Assembly: GCF_000020025.1 (NCBI RefSeq)
Contig: NC_010628.1
Coordinates: 1,950,001-1,982,000, forward strand
DNA from: Nostoc punctiforme PCC 73102
GTDB lineage: Bacteria > Cyanobacteriota > Cyanobacteriia > Cyanobacteriales > Nostocaceae
Length of the DNA: 32,000 nt
Direction of reading: 5' to 3'
Shown here: positions 1-9,401 of the stretch, one piece after another
How positions within the stretch are numbered: the stretch's first letter is position 1
How the letters are laid out: every line of letters starts with the position of its first letter
Notes under the pieces: model-generated
Database searches by the model: none
What the model was told of the DNA's origin: nothing
What the model saw: only the letters and a program-made list of their open reading frames with translations
Position numbers and translations under genes: made by a program

Positions 1-1236
1 GTTATGGGGGCGCAATCGGGATAAATGAACATCATAAATTGCTTTTCTCTCTTCTTGGGTGGGCAATCCCACAAAGAAAATTTCATCAAATCGCCCTTTA
101 CGCAGCATTTCCGGCGGTAGGGCTTGGATGTCGTTGGCAGTGGCGACGACAAAAACAGGTGAGCTTTTTTCGGCTAGCCAGTTAATAAAAGTACCAAACA
201 CACGGCTGGCTGTTCCTGCATCACCTTTGCTACCAAGTCCGGCAAAGGCTTTATCTATTTCATCAATCCACAAAATACAGGGAGCGAGGGCTTCGGCTAC
301 TTGGATCATTTGCCGAGTTCGAGATTCTGATTCACCCACCAAACCACCAAATAACCTGCCCACATCCAGACGTAGCAAGGGTAAATGCCAGTGATGAGCG
401 ATCGCTTTTGCTGTTAACGATTTACCAGTTCCCTGAATACCCACCAACATTAAACCACGGGGGTGCGGTAATCCGTACTGTCGGGCCTTATCAGTAAATG
501 AACCTCCCCGCCGAATCAGCCAGTCTTTCAAGTTATCCAGTCCGCCAATATCAGAAATTTGCTCAGTGGCGGGGTAGAAGTCCAGGATTTGGGTTTGGCG
601 GATAGTTTGGCGCTTTTCTTCCAAAACGAGATCCACGTCTTCTGGCTGCAATTCGCCGTGGGTAGCGATCGCTTTTGCTAAAACTCGGCGAATCCTTTCC
701 ATCGAAAGTCCTTGACAAGATAGCACCAAATCATCTAATACTTTGCCAGAAAGGGAGTTACCAGTGCTTTGGAGTAAACGTTCCACCTCAGTTTTAATTT
801 CTGCGGCGGCGGGTAAGGGAAACTCGACGACTGTCAGCACTTCCGTTAAATCGTCAGGAATGGCGATGCGTGGCGACAGTAGGACAATATTTTTTGGTTG
901 CGACTTGAGGAGTCGGGACAGATTGCGGAGTTTGCGGGCGATCGCTACATCATCTAAAAAGCGATGATAATCTCGGAGAATCAATACCGCAGGTGCGGAA
1001 GCTGGTAATTTTTCGATAAATTCTAAAGCTTGCAACGGGTTACGTCGCCCAAACCCAACATCATTGGGGTTTCCTTGATAGCCATCGACAAAATCCCAAG
1101 TATATACTGGGCGATTACCTTGGTTAGTTGCTTCTTCTCGGATAGCTGCTTCTACCCGCTCCTCTTCGTATGTGGGAATATAAATCAAGGGGTAGCGGGC
1201 GCGTAGCAGTAATTTAAACTCTTCACGGAAGTTCAT
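1..1236 (-). CDS. ycf46: AAA+ family ATPase, Ycf46-like (3' end runs off the window; first 412 codons present)
   Basis: Absent from the ORF track because it is open at the window edge. Reverse translation from ATG (rc of 1234-1236) gives [28 protein letters not shown]... with no stop down to position 1. Walker A is [12 protein letters not shown] (rc of ~412-447), Walker B is [11 protein letters not shown], then ...[14 protein letters not shown]. The layout (about 230 aa N-terminal region plus one C-terminal AAA module) matches my recollection of cyanobacterial/plastid Ycf46. Confidence 0.8.
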   Translation of the reverse strand, partial: MNFREEFKLLLRARYPLIYIPTYEEERVEAAIREEATNQGNRPVYTWDFVDGYQGNPNDVGFGRRNPLQALEFIEKLPASAPAVLILRDYHRFLDDVAIARKLRNLSRLLKSQPKNIVLLSPRIAIPDDLTEVLTVVEFPLPAAAEIKTEVERLLQSTGNSLSGKVLDDLVLSCQGLSMERIRRVLAKAIATHGELQPEDVDLVLEEKRQTIRQTQILDFYPATEQISDIGGLDNLKDWLIRRGGSFTDKARQYGLPHPRGLMLVGIQGTGKSLTAKAIAHHWHLPLLRLDVGRLFGGLVGESESRTRQMIQVAEALAPCILWIDEIDKAFAGLGSKGDAGTASRVFGTFINWLAEKSSPVFVVATANDIQALPPEMLRKGRFDEIFFVGLPTQEERKAIYDVHLSRLRPHN

Positions 1237-1300
1237 ATATAGCTGTTATTGGTTAGTTTATCTTGAACGCAATGTACAACTTTCTTGGTTCAGAAAGCCA

Positions 1301-1999
1301 ATGAGTAACCAGCAAGAACAATACAATATTGATTTTCTCGTTCAGCAACTACGCACAAGTCAAGATAACGCTGTTCTTAAACAGACTGCTAAACATTTGG
1401 GGTTTCTTGGTGCTAATAACCCGGATGTCATAGCTGCCTTGATTCATGTAGCACGCACTACAATTGATGAACCAACTCGCTGGGCAGCAATTCAAAGTTT
1501 GAGCGAAATTGGTACTGATAATAATGATGTTATCCAAACTTTGATTGAGCAACTTAACACTGCTCGTATACCTACCCGCAGGATAGCAGCTCAGAATTTG
1601 GCAAAAATTGCTGTTGGTAATCAATATGCAATTACTAGTCTAATAAGTTTGGCACAAATAACTGAAGAAGAACATACTCGTCAGTATGTTGCTTATAGTT
1701 TAGGAATTATTGCAAAAGGTAATAGAGACGCTGTTAATGCTCTAATTGATTTAATATATAAAAGTTCCGATGAATATACTCACTACTTATGCGTTGATGC
1801 TTTTACAAAACTTGGTAAGTGGAATAAAGAGATAATTGACGCTTTAATTCATATAGGTAAAACAGCAGAATTTTATATTCGTTCGAAACTATTGCAGACG
1901 TTAAAAGCAAGAGGAATAAATATAAATGGCTATACTTCGAATTCTTCATTTCGTCTATTGTTAGAACAAATGAAAGAAGAAAATAACCAAACTGAATAA
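1301..1999 (+). CDS. HEAT-repeat (PBS-lyase HEAT-like) protein
   Basis: 232 aa made of reiterated ~31-aa helical units (e.g. TRWAAIQSLSEIGTDNNDVIQTLIEQL / RRIAAQNLAKIAVGNQYAITSLISL / RQYVAYSLGIIAKGNRDAVNALIDLI). AT-rich relative to the flanking core genes. Confidence 0.65.
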   Translation: MSNQQEQYNIDFLVQQLRTSQDNAVLKQTAKHLGFLGANNPDVIAALIHVARTTIDEPTRWAAIQSLSEIGTDNNDVIQTLIEQLNTARIPTRRIAAQNLAKIAVGNQYAITSLISLAQITEEEHTRQYVAYSLGIIAKGNRDAVNALIDLIYKSSDEYTHYLCVDAFTKLGKWNKEIIDALIHIGKTAEFYIRSKLLQTLKARGININGYTSNSSFRLLLEQMKEENNQTE

Positions 2000-2069
2000 T
2001 TGGTCTGACTTTTCACGATATCTGGAAAACCTTTCCTCTTGTGGTTCAGGGGGTTGGGTTTCGCGTAGT

Positions 2070-2657
2070 TTATGGTAAAAATTCTGGATCGTTTAATATT
2101 TCTTCCATCATTTGACCAAAAGATGGATGTCTTTGTGCGTCTCCATATTTAGAATCATAATACCAAGCTTCCCACTCACCATCACTTGTAATAACTTGAG
2201 GATTAAGTAAAAAAATCATCTGATAGTCTTCAGTACTAATTTCTAGACACGTTTGTAGATGTTCTACACGAAGATAAGATTGCTCATCACCGTAAATAAA
2301 GTATTCTTCATCTGGTACTGGTTCCAAATCCTGGTGCAGTTCTACTAAACGATGTATATAGGTTTCTCTATCTAAAATATACCACTGAATTTTTTCAACT
2401 GAATAAAATCTGATGTCACACTTTGAAGTAGAATGCAACCCATTAGAAACTTTGAGAAACTCTCTGTAAGAAGGCGGCAAGGTTACACCTAATCTAGCTT
2501 CGGTAGCAGAAATTTCTTCTTCATTTGCACCTGGATAGCATAGAGATCCAGATTCAATAACTTCTGGAGCTAACTCTTCCTGCTCATACTCTTCGAGTGC
2601 TTCTATTCGCTGACGGCTCCATTCTCTAATACGACTTTCCCAGTCAAAAGTCTTCAT
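2070..2657 (-). CDS. SMI1/KNR4 (SUKH-1) family protein
   Basis: 195 aa with the characteristic N-terminal stretch ISATEARLGVTLPPSYREFLKVSNGL, then an acidic/aromatic C-terminal half (WEAWYYD). Confidence 0.65.
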   Translation of the reverse strand: MKTFDWESRIREWSRQRIEALEEYEQEELAPEVIESGSLCYPGANEEEISATEARLGVTLPPSYREFLKVSNGLHSTSKCDIRFYSVEKIQWYILDRETYIHRLVELHQDLEPVPDEEYFIYGDEQSYLRVEHLQTCLEISTEDYQMIFLLNPQVITSDGEWEAWYYDSKYGDAQRHPSFGQMMEEILNDPEFLP

Positions 2658-2919
2658 TATACGATCTTTGTATTGGAAGTTAATTAATCAGTAGTTTAAC
2701 AAAACAAGCTTTAATAGTATTAACTGATAAATTTTTAGTTTAAACATTATAAAGTAGTAATTTATAAAAAAAATAAAAATTTTTATTACATAATGAGTGA
2801 GAAATGACTTATTTAATATTAGTTTAAGCAATAGTTGCTAAATCTTCTAATTTACTGAGTTTTAGTAATTGATAAAATACAACAATTTCTGATATTTTTT
2901 AAATAAAAATATTATACCT

Positions 2920-2957
2920 AATAAAATATAAAACAATAAGCCTGTATGGACAGGCTT
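2920..2957 (-). terminator. Rho-independent terminator downstream of the DUF177 gene
   Basis: 8-bp stem aagcctgt/acaggctt (2938-2957, loop atgg). On the minus strand it is followed by ATTGTTTTATATTTT. It lies 46 nt after the stop at 3003. Confidence 0.6.
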
Positions 2958-3002
2958 AGTTCGTCTAGCCCCAGATTTAAGTCTGACGGAATTATCAAAT
3001 TA

Positions 3003-3524
3003 CTATCCTGGAAGTTGCTTTTTCAAAGCTTCCAGAGAAGCCCAACGGTTATCGACTGGAGTTGCAGGACTATCATCAGAAGTATCAACTGTACTACTTA
3101 CAGGAATGCCTGGACAATTGCGATCGCACAATTGACGCTGAGGTACTGCCAAGCACATCTGCTCATACAGCCATTCGTTGGGATAAAAATAACCATCAGG
3201 TGGCAGGCTTTCAAGCAACTCTTCCATAATTACTTCCCGCTCTAAGGGCAAGTCATTTGCTTGATTTACAGTTTCGTCTAACCAGATGATTTCTTTAGTA
3301 TCAAGTCCTAAGCGGCGATTGTATTGCTGTAAGCATCGGTTGCAGGTACAAGTAATAATTGTTTCTGCCTGAGCGGACACTTCCAGGTAAGTGCCATGAT
3401 GCTGCACACGCACATGACCGCGAACTGGTGTCAACGTTTCCAGACCAGGCAGAAATTCCTTAACCTGAACTTCCTCTGTCCGCTCCGGGGCTTTAGTTAG
3501 CTGCGGAATATAAATTGCGTCCAT
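3003..3524 (-). CDS. DUF177 / YceD-family protein
   Basis: 173 aa. N-terminal IYIPQL...V..F...L..LTPVRG...V.H.G.YLEV, then the Cys pairs CTCNRC ... CDRNCPG typical of YceD/DUF177. Confidence 0.7.
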   Translation of the reverse strand: MDAIYIPQLTKAPERTEEVQVKEFLPGLETLTPVRGHVRVQHHGTYLEVSAQAETIITCTCNRCLQQYNRRLGLDTKEIIWLDETVNQANDLPLEREVIMEELLESLPPDGYFYPNEWLYEQMCLAVPQRQLCDRNCPGIPVSSTVDTSDDSPATPVDNRWASLEALKKQLPG

Positions 3525-3659
3525 AGGATTTGTGAGACATCCTCACGAAAATTAATGGTCATTACCAGCAATAATACTGATACTACATCTTTATTTTAGC
3601 TTTTAGGAACAAGAGAAATTTGGAAATTATATTGAGCTTTCAATTAACTCTTAACTCCT

Positions 3660-3687
3660 GTAGAAACGCGATTAATCGCGTTTCTAC
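3660..3687. other. 28-nt perfect palindrome (14-bp arms) abutting the jag stop codon
   Basis: gtagaaacgcgatt|aatcgcgtttctac. The last base overlaps the TAG stop (rc of 3687-3689). No U-run follows on either strand. Confidence 0.5.
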
Positions 3688-4214
3688 TAACCCCTAACTT
3701 CTTCCAACGAAGCTGGTCGCACAACCAGATGACGATGCGGTTCTTTACCGCGACTAAAGGTTTCCAAATCTCCAAATTCCTTCAAGAAGGTATGGATTTG
3801 TCGCCTTTCAGCAGAACTGAGGGATTTAATTTCCACTTCTTTACCAGAAAAGCGCACTTCATCGGCTGCTGCTTCTGCTAATGCGCGAATTTCAGCTTCT
3901 CTTTTGACCCGGTAGCCATTCAACTCAATAGTGTAAGAGGCTTGTTCCTCTGGGGGTTGGCTCAGGTTTAAAACCGAATTTGCTAGATACTGAATCGCAT
4001 CTAGCACAGAACCATCAGTACCAATTAATATCTGGATTTGTTCTGTCGTCAAATTAGTTTGATCGATTGTCAACCAGTAATTATCTGGTTCTGGGGAATC
4101 GCTGTCTTGAGATTGGGTAGTTTCTAAATAACCCTGAATCTCAGCAGGTACCCCAGTGAGTTCCAGCAGGGTTTTTAACCACTGCTGACCTCGCTGCATC
4201 GAAATATTGCTCAT
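3687..4214 (-). CDS. jag: Jag/KhpB-type R3H-domain RNA-binding protein
   Basis: 175 aa. C-terminal R3H-like segment [14 protein letters not shown]...HRHLVVRP. The start overlaps the yidC stop (ATGA), which is the conserved yidC-jag arrangement. Confidence 0.75.
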   Translation of the reverse strand: MSNISMQRGQQWLKTLLELTGVPAEIQGYLETTQSQDSDSPEPDNYWLTIDQTNLTTEQIQILIGTDGSVLDAIQYLANSVLNLSQPPEEQASYTIELNGYRVKREAEIRALAEAAADEVRFSGKEVEIKSLSSAERRQIHTFLKEFGDLETFSRGKEPHRHLVVRPASLEEVRG

Positions 4215-5362
4215 GATCCCCCTGTAGCCTTCTTCTTAGAACTTTTCGGTTCAAATGGCAATGCTTTTTGTTCGATGACTGTTGTTTCTTTCTCTTGAGT
4301 TTCTACAATTTTTTGCAGTTCTTCTGGTAGAGGTTCGCGTGAGAGAAGATAAGTTTGTGCAGTTTGGAAAATGTTACCAATCACCATATACATCAGCACC
4401 CCGGCTGGTAGGGGGAAGAACAAGAACATCCCAGAAAATATGACTGGAGTGATTTTGTTAACTGTATCTTGCTGCGGATTGCCACCACTGGAATTTTGCC
4501 CAGAAAGCATTTGGCTAACATAAAGGCTGATTCCAAAGAAGACGATCATGGCAACAATATCCCAGTGGATTGTGCCATCTGCATCTTGTGCGCCAACTCT
4601 GCCTAAAGCATCAATGAATAGAAAGCCTTTTTCTGCTGCTAGTCCGGGAATTGTTCCTTGAATGCTAACTTCTCCTGGCTGCAAGGCTTCTACATTGCCA
4701 TCAGCATCAATTTTTATCCGATCTTCGCCTTTAGTGACTTTCCAATCAGGAGTTAGCTTATTTTCTGGGTGTTCTGCTAAAAGTACCTGAAATGGTTTGC
4801 CCTCAACAGTCTGATATTGGATCTTAGTTTGTTCTCCCACAGCTAGTTTGTTACCACTGGGAAGGATTGCAGCTACTTTCACGTGTTCCCCATCTGCAAC
4901 ATAAATATTTTGGGGAGCAGTAGCAAAGGCTTGGGGTTGAATTTGCTCGATTTGTTCTGCGGGAAGGATTTGCAAGTTAACGCTGTAGTTGGCACTGGCA
5001 AAAGGCGAACCCCGCAAAGTGGCAAACAGCGCTAATAAAACCGGCATTTGCACTAATAACGGAAAACAGCCTGCTAAGGGGTTGCCAAATTCTTTTTGAA
5101 CATTGACCATTTCCTCTTGCTGCTTTTGCGGTTCATCCTTATAGCGCTCTTTAATTTCTGCCATCCGCTTCTGCATCAGAGGTTGTACAATTCGCATCTT
5201 CCGCATGTTGCGAATTGAGCCAGCACTCAGGGGATAGAGCGCGAAGCGGACTATCAATGTCAAAGCAACGATCGCCAATCCGTAGCTAGGCACAATACCA
5301 TAGAAGAAATCTATGATTGGCAGCATCACGTTGTTCGAGAGAAAGCCGATACCAAAATCCAT
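4211..5362 (-). CDS. yidC: Membrane protein insertase YidC/Oxa1/Alb3 family
   Basis: 383 aa polytopic protein. It has conserved YidC core stretches ([15 protein letters not shown]...PE...[41 protein letters not shown]) and sits in the rnpA-yidC-jag context. Confidence 0.9.
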   Translation of the reverse strand: MDFGIGFLSNNVMLPIIDFFYGIVPSYGLAIVALTLIVRFALYPLSAGSIRNMRKMRIVQPLMQKRMAEIKERYKDEPQKQQEEMVNVQKEFGNPLAGCFPLLVQMPVLLALFATLRGSPFASANYSVNLQILPAEQIEQIQPQAFATAPQNIYVADGEHVKVAAILPSGNKLAVGEQTKIQYQTVEGKPFQVLLAEHPENKLTPDWKVTKGEDRIKIDADGNVEALQPGEVSIQGTIPGLAAEKGFLFIDALGRVGAQDADGTIHWDIVAMIVFFGISLYVSQMLSGQNSSGGNPQQDTVNKITPVIFSGMFLFFPLPAGVLMYMVIGNIFQTAQTYLLSREPLPEELQKIVETQEKETTVIEQKALPFEPKSSKKKATGGS

Positions 5363-5568
5363 TATTCTGAATTCAACCTGAGGTACTGTAAACTAACTGA
5401 ATCTAATTTATCTAAATCATAAATTATGTGCGACTACCCTTAGCTACGGATAGCCGCACATGCCAAAAGTAGGGAAGTAGGGAGTGGTATGTATTTTTTG
5501 GTAAGTGCGAAGTTCTGAATTTTGTATTTTATCTGAGCAAATTCTGCATTCCCTATTCCCTACTCCCA

Positions 5569-5961
5569 TCACTTATTAGCAGCTACCGTATATTCGGGAT
5601 TTTTCGCAGCAATTCTTTCATTAATGTAGTCATAGACTTCCCTAAATTTGGGAATTGCACGCAATTCGAGACGACTGCCGTTTTTTAGGGTTAGTACCAT
5701 ATCTCCCCACAAGCCAATGCCACGGGGGATTGTGACAACTTTGACAATTTCTGAGTAAATTATGTCAGTGCGATCGCGCCCCTGCCAACCTCCGATTACG
5801 GTAACTCGGCGATCTGTGATGCGGAAACGCAGCCACAATGCTCTGACAATTGCCCCAACTGTTAATGGTATCCCGACAATGGTTAGCCCAATTAGCACGT
5901 TGACAATTAAATCCCCAATATGGGGACCACCTTCATAATAAACATCTTCACGAATTCCCAT
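5569..5961 (-). CDS. Bacterial PH-domain (bPH_2/YdbS-like) membrane protein
   Basis: 130 aa. A two-helix hydrophobic hairpin (IGDLIVNVLIGLTIVGIPLTVGAIVRALWL) is followed by RFRITDRRV...I.Y..I, typical of DUF304/bPH_2. It overlaps rnpA by 14 nt. Confidence 0.65.
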   Translation of the reverse strand: MGIREDVYYEGGPHIGDLIVNVLIGLTIVGIPLTVGAIVRALWLRFRITDRRVTVIGGWQGRDRTDIIYSEIVKVVTIPRGIGLWGDMVLTLKNGSRLELRAIPKFREVYDYINERIAAKNPEYTVAANK

Positions 5962-6370
5962 CGAACACCTCAGCTTGTGCCAACAACTGCTCTAATTCTT
6001 GCAGAAATTGTGGGCTTACGCACTTAGATTCTGCTGCTGTAGGTTTGACAATGAACACTAATCGCCATCCTGGCGCTAATCTGGGCAGCAAACTATATAA
6101 AGCAGAAGTAATTTGCCGTTTGATTCGGTTGCGAACCACTGCCCTTTTGCTGACTTTTGTGCTTATAGAAATGCCAATGCGTATGCTGGATATATGCACT
6201 GACTCAATTGGTTGTGTAGTCTGAGTGGCAGTGTCCAAAGAAGGTTTTCTTGAATACAACGGCTTCAAGGCTCTCAATGTTAGATAAGAGCCATTACGCC
6301 GAATTCCTTCCCGGAAAACTGCCTGAAAATCCTTGCGGGATTTTAGCCGATTTGCTTTAGGCAAAGCCAC
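5948..6370 (-). CDS. rnpA: Ribonuclease P protein component
   Basis: 140 aa with a GTG start. LPKANRLKSRKDFQAVF at the N-terminus and the RNR motif AVVRNRIKRQI. It lies directly downstream of rpmH. Confidence 0.85.
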   Translation of the reverse strand: MALPKANRLKSRKDFQAVFREGIRRNGSYLTLRALKPLYSRKPSLDTATQTTQPIESVHISSIRIGISISTKVSKRAVVRNRIKRQITSALYSLLPRLAPGWRLVFIVKPTAAESKCVSPQFLQELEQLLAQAEVFDGNS

Positions 6371-6396
6371 AGATACTCTTTTAGGTTAAATATGCC

Positions 6397-6531
6397 CTAA
6401 ACGCTCAAACGGTGACGGCCCTTTTTTCTCCTAGCTCTAATTACGTTTCTACCATCTGGTGTCCGCATTCTGGCACGAAAACCAGAGGTTCTTTTTCTCT
6501 TACGGCTAGTACCGCCTAGTGTTCTTTTCAT
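6397..6531 (-). CDS. rpmH: 50S ribosomal protein L34
   Basis: Below the ORF-track size cutoff. The reverse complement of 6397-6531 translates to [44 protein letters not shown], a canonical L34 sequence upstream of rnpA. Confidence 0.95.
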   Translation of the reverse strand: MKRTLGGTSRKRKRTSGFRARMRTPDGRNVIRARRKKGRHRLSV

Positions 6532-6635
6532 ACTGTTCTCCTCTTAGGTGATTTTTATAAAAACTCACAATCTCTAATTGTATCACTTTTTTAGTGAATT
6601 GGGAATTGGGCATTGGTTACACCCAATCAGCATTC

Positions 6636-7148
6636 TTAATTGATGCTCAAAATCCATGTTCCCATGTAGCGCAATAGTGGCACATCGCCAGGGGAAAGCA
6701 CTTGGCAATTAAAGTAGTAAACTCCGCCAAAGGATGGGTTTTTCACGTTAGACAAGACTACCTCAACTGCGCTACCTGCTGGTACAGGCTCTTGGGGAAA
6801 AATATTAATTAGCTTACCTTCTTTGTCCCACTTCACCTCAGAAAGCGGAACTGCTTTGCCTTTGACTCGGACTTCAATTTTTTTCTGGTCGAAAGTTCCT
6901 TTGTAATAATCAGGGTAGGTAATGGCAAATTGACCAACTGCCAATTTCATTCTTTGGGCTGGAATCCTCAATATATATCGATCCCAACCATTGGCTTGTC
7001 CACCAAAATCTAACCGGAAGGGCAGTTGATTTTCGGCTTTAACGCCGCTAAACAGCGTAAATCCAGGTAGACTTTGTGCCCAAGTCAGGGCTGGAAATCC
7101 AGTCACTAAACAGCTAGTCACGGCTAAAGCGGAAAGTAAACGTCGCAT
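6636..7148 (-). CDS. DUF2808-like exported protein
   Basis: 170 aa. Signal peptide MRRLLSALAVTSCLVTGFPALTWA, then FTLFSGV...DRYILRIPAQ...FAITYPDYYKG.FD, as I recall for cyanobacterial DUF2808. Confidence 0.55.
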   Translation of the reverse strand: MRRLLSALAVTSCLVTGFPALTWAQSLPGFTLFSGVKAENQLPFRLDFGGQANGWDRYILRIPAQRMKLAVGQFAITYPDYYKGTFDQKKIEVRVKGKAVPLSEVKWDKEGKLINIFPQEPVPAGSAVEVVLSNVKNPSFGGVYYFNCQVLSPGDVPLLRYMGTWILSIN

Positions 7149-7909
7149 AATTGAACTTCCTCTACCAAAAAATAAATCTGTTATCTAAAATAACCGTGTG
7201 TTAGTATTCGTTACTAAAGTTTACTACTCACTTCCTGACAATTGACGTTCAGTAACAACAAAAAGTGCCATCCTCCCTGATGTTTAGACAGTAGTAAAAT
7301 TCCTTAGTGATAAATATTACATGTAATCAATTTACTTTATTACCCTTATAGAGTACTGTTTTGATGACTAGGTTGGTCAAATTTGGAACTCAATAGAAAC
7401 ACCGTTGGGATTGGATTGTGTTTCTAAATATGTATAAGTGTATCTAAATTTGAGAATTTTGTTATAAAAATTGAGGCGTGGCATCAGCGATCGCCAGTTA
7501 AGTTGGGCTAAATTGATTAAAATGAGTTGGAATCAAAGTCGTAATCATTAAAATTTGATTTGGAAATTATAAAGCCTTCAAAATTGGGTCAATATTACTC
7601 TATAAGACAGGAATACCAAAATTTCTCAATCCCGAAAATAAGCTGAAGATAAAGATGCAAAATTTGGGAATCAATTTAGGATGTGCAATACGTAACCCTG
7701 TTTGCAACTATCTGAAAATATGACATCTGCGAACGGCAAAGTCAGACATTGCCTGGACAGCTAAGAGTGGGAGAGGAAAGTTTCAAGGTTCAATCTACAA
7801 GTAAAAGTCATGGCTGATGTTCCTGCCTAAGTACTATGAATACGGGATATCCCTCATCTAGACAATTACTTACTGGGCAGAGATTAGGTATTTATCTTCA
7901 GGAGATTTC

Positions 7910-9076
7910 ATGAGAATAGCAGTTGCTAAAGAAATTGAAGTTTGTGAACGTCGTGTGGCATTAATTCCTGACACGGTTGCTCGATTGGTAAAGCAAGGTT
8001 TGGAAGTCTGGGTAGAAAAGGGTGCAGGAGAGCGATCTTTTTTCAGCGATACTGACTATGAAGCCGCAGGAGCCACAATAATTGGCGATACTGCCAAATT
8101 ATGGGGCGAAACAGATATTCTTTTGAAAGTCAGCCCACCACAAGAACGAGAAGATGGACGTTCAGAAGTTGATTTGTTAAAGGAAGGGGCTGTATTAGTC
8201 AGTTTCCTCAATCCTTTAGGAAATCCTGTTGTAGCAGAGCAACTAGCAAATCGGAAAATTACAGCCTTGAGTATGGAAATGATTCCCCGTACCACCAGGG
8301 CGCAAAGTATGGATGCTTTGTCCTCGCAAGCTTCATTAGCAGGTTACAAAGCAGTATTAATTGCGGCAGCTGCATTACCGAAATATTTCCCAATGTTAAC
8401 CACAGCCGCAGGGACGATCGCTCCAGCGAAAGTATTTATTATGGGCGCTGGTGTCGCCGGATTGCAAGCGATCGCTACTGCCAGACGTTTGGGAGCAGTA
8501 GTAGAAGCCTTTGATATCCGTCCCGCCGTTAAAGAAGAAGTGCAAAGCTTAGGGGCAAAATTCGTTGAAGTCAAATTAGACGAAGAAACCGTCGCTGCTG
8601 GCGGTTACGCCAAGGAAATTTCCGAAGCTAGCAAACAACGCACCCAAGAAGTTGTCGCCGAACACGTCAAAAATTCTGATGTGGTGATTACCACCGCCCA
8701 AGTTCCTGGCAGACAAGCACCACGGCTCGTCACAGAAGAAATGGTGGCACAAATGAAACCAGGTTCAGTGATTGTGGATTTGGCTGCTGACCAGGGTGGT
8801 AACTGCGCCTGTACCGAACCCGGTAAAGATATTGTCTGGAATGGCGTAACGATTATCGGCCCCATCAATCTCCCATCATCGATGCCAATTCACGCCAGCC
8901 AATTGTATGCCAAGAACGTAACTTCGTTGATGCAATTGCTAATTAAAGACAAAGCTTTGCGGGTGGACTTTAGCGACGACATCGTTGATGCAGCTTGCGT
9001 TACCCACGCTGGTGAAATTCGCAATCAACGAGTGCGCGATGCGCTACAAGCTTTGAGCGGCGTTGGAGCAGGTTAA
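7910..9076 (+). CDS. pntAA: NAD(P) transhydrogenase subunit alpha, part 1 (dI)
   Basis: 388 aa. MRIAV.KE....ERRVALIPD N-terminus, Rossmann motif IMGAGVAGLQAIATARRLGA, SD GGAG 7 nt upstream of the ATG. Confidence 0.9.
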   Translation: MRIAVAKEIEVCERRVALIPDTVARLVKQGLEVWVEKGAGERSFFSDTDYEAAGATIIGDTAKLWGETDILLKVSPPQEREDGRSEVDLLKEGAVLVSFLNPLGNPVVAEQLANRKITALSMEMIPRTTRAQSMDALSSQASLAGYKAVLIAAAALPKYFPMLTTAAGTIAPAKVFIMGAGVAGLQAIATARRLGAVVEAFDIRPAVKEEVQSLGAKFVEVKLDEETVAAGGYAKEISEASKQRTQEVVAEHVKNSDVVITTAQVPGRQAPRLVTEEMVAQMKPGSVIVDLAADQGGNCACTEPGKDIVWNGVTIIGPINLPSSMPIHASQLYAKNVTSLMQLLIKDKALRVDFSDDIVDAACVTHAGEIRNQRVRDALQALSGVGAG

Positions 9077-9107
9077 TAGCCAAATTACCATAAGGAGTTT
9101 TGATTTC

Positions 9108-9401
9108 ATGACAGAGGCATTACTTGCTGCTTTGTTTGTATTTGTGTTGGCATCATTTATCGGCTTTGAAGTCATCAACAAAATCCCACCGACTCTACAC
9201 ACGCCCTTAATGTCAGGCTCAAACGCGATTTCGGGCATTGCGGTACTGGGAGCAATAGTTGCTGCTGGTGCGAGAGATACGAGTGTGTCAGTAATTCTCG
9301 GTTTGATTGCTGTGGTATTAGCAACAATCAACGTTGTGGGTGGTTTTTTAGTGACAGACAGAATGTTGCAAATGTTCAAGAAGAAGGAGATTAAGGCGTG
9401 A
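9108..9401 (+). CDS. pntAB: NAD(P) transhydrogenase subunit alpha, part 2 (membrane dII-alpha)
   Basis: The track ORF starts at 9063. The internal ATG at 9108 is preferred because AAGGAG (9092-9097) precedes it and it removes the overlap with pntAA. The 97-aa three-helix product is MTEALLAALFVFVLASFIGFEVI...SNAISGI. Confidence 0.85.
   Translation: MTEALLAALFVFVLASFIGFEVINKIPPTLHTPLMSGSNAISGIAVLGAIVAAGARDTSVSVILGLIAVVLATINVVGGFLVTDRMLQMFKKKEIKA

Noticed and set aside
59-967. Plus-strand ORFs 59-394 and 743-967
   Set aside because: They are antisense shadow ORFs inside the clearly coding AAA+ ATPase gene. Their sequences are low-complexity and Ser/Arg/Pro-rich, with no motifs.
1349-3245. ORFs 1349-1624 (-) and 2946-3245 (+)
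   Set aside because: They are antisense to the HEAT-repeat gene and the DUF177 gene respectively and have no supporting features.
7831-7843. NtcA-like site GTACTATGAATAC upstream of pntAA
   Set aside because: The spacing is GTA-N7-TAC, not the canonical GTA-N8-TAC, and no -10 box sits at the proper distance.
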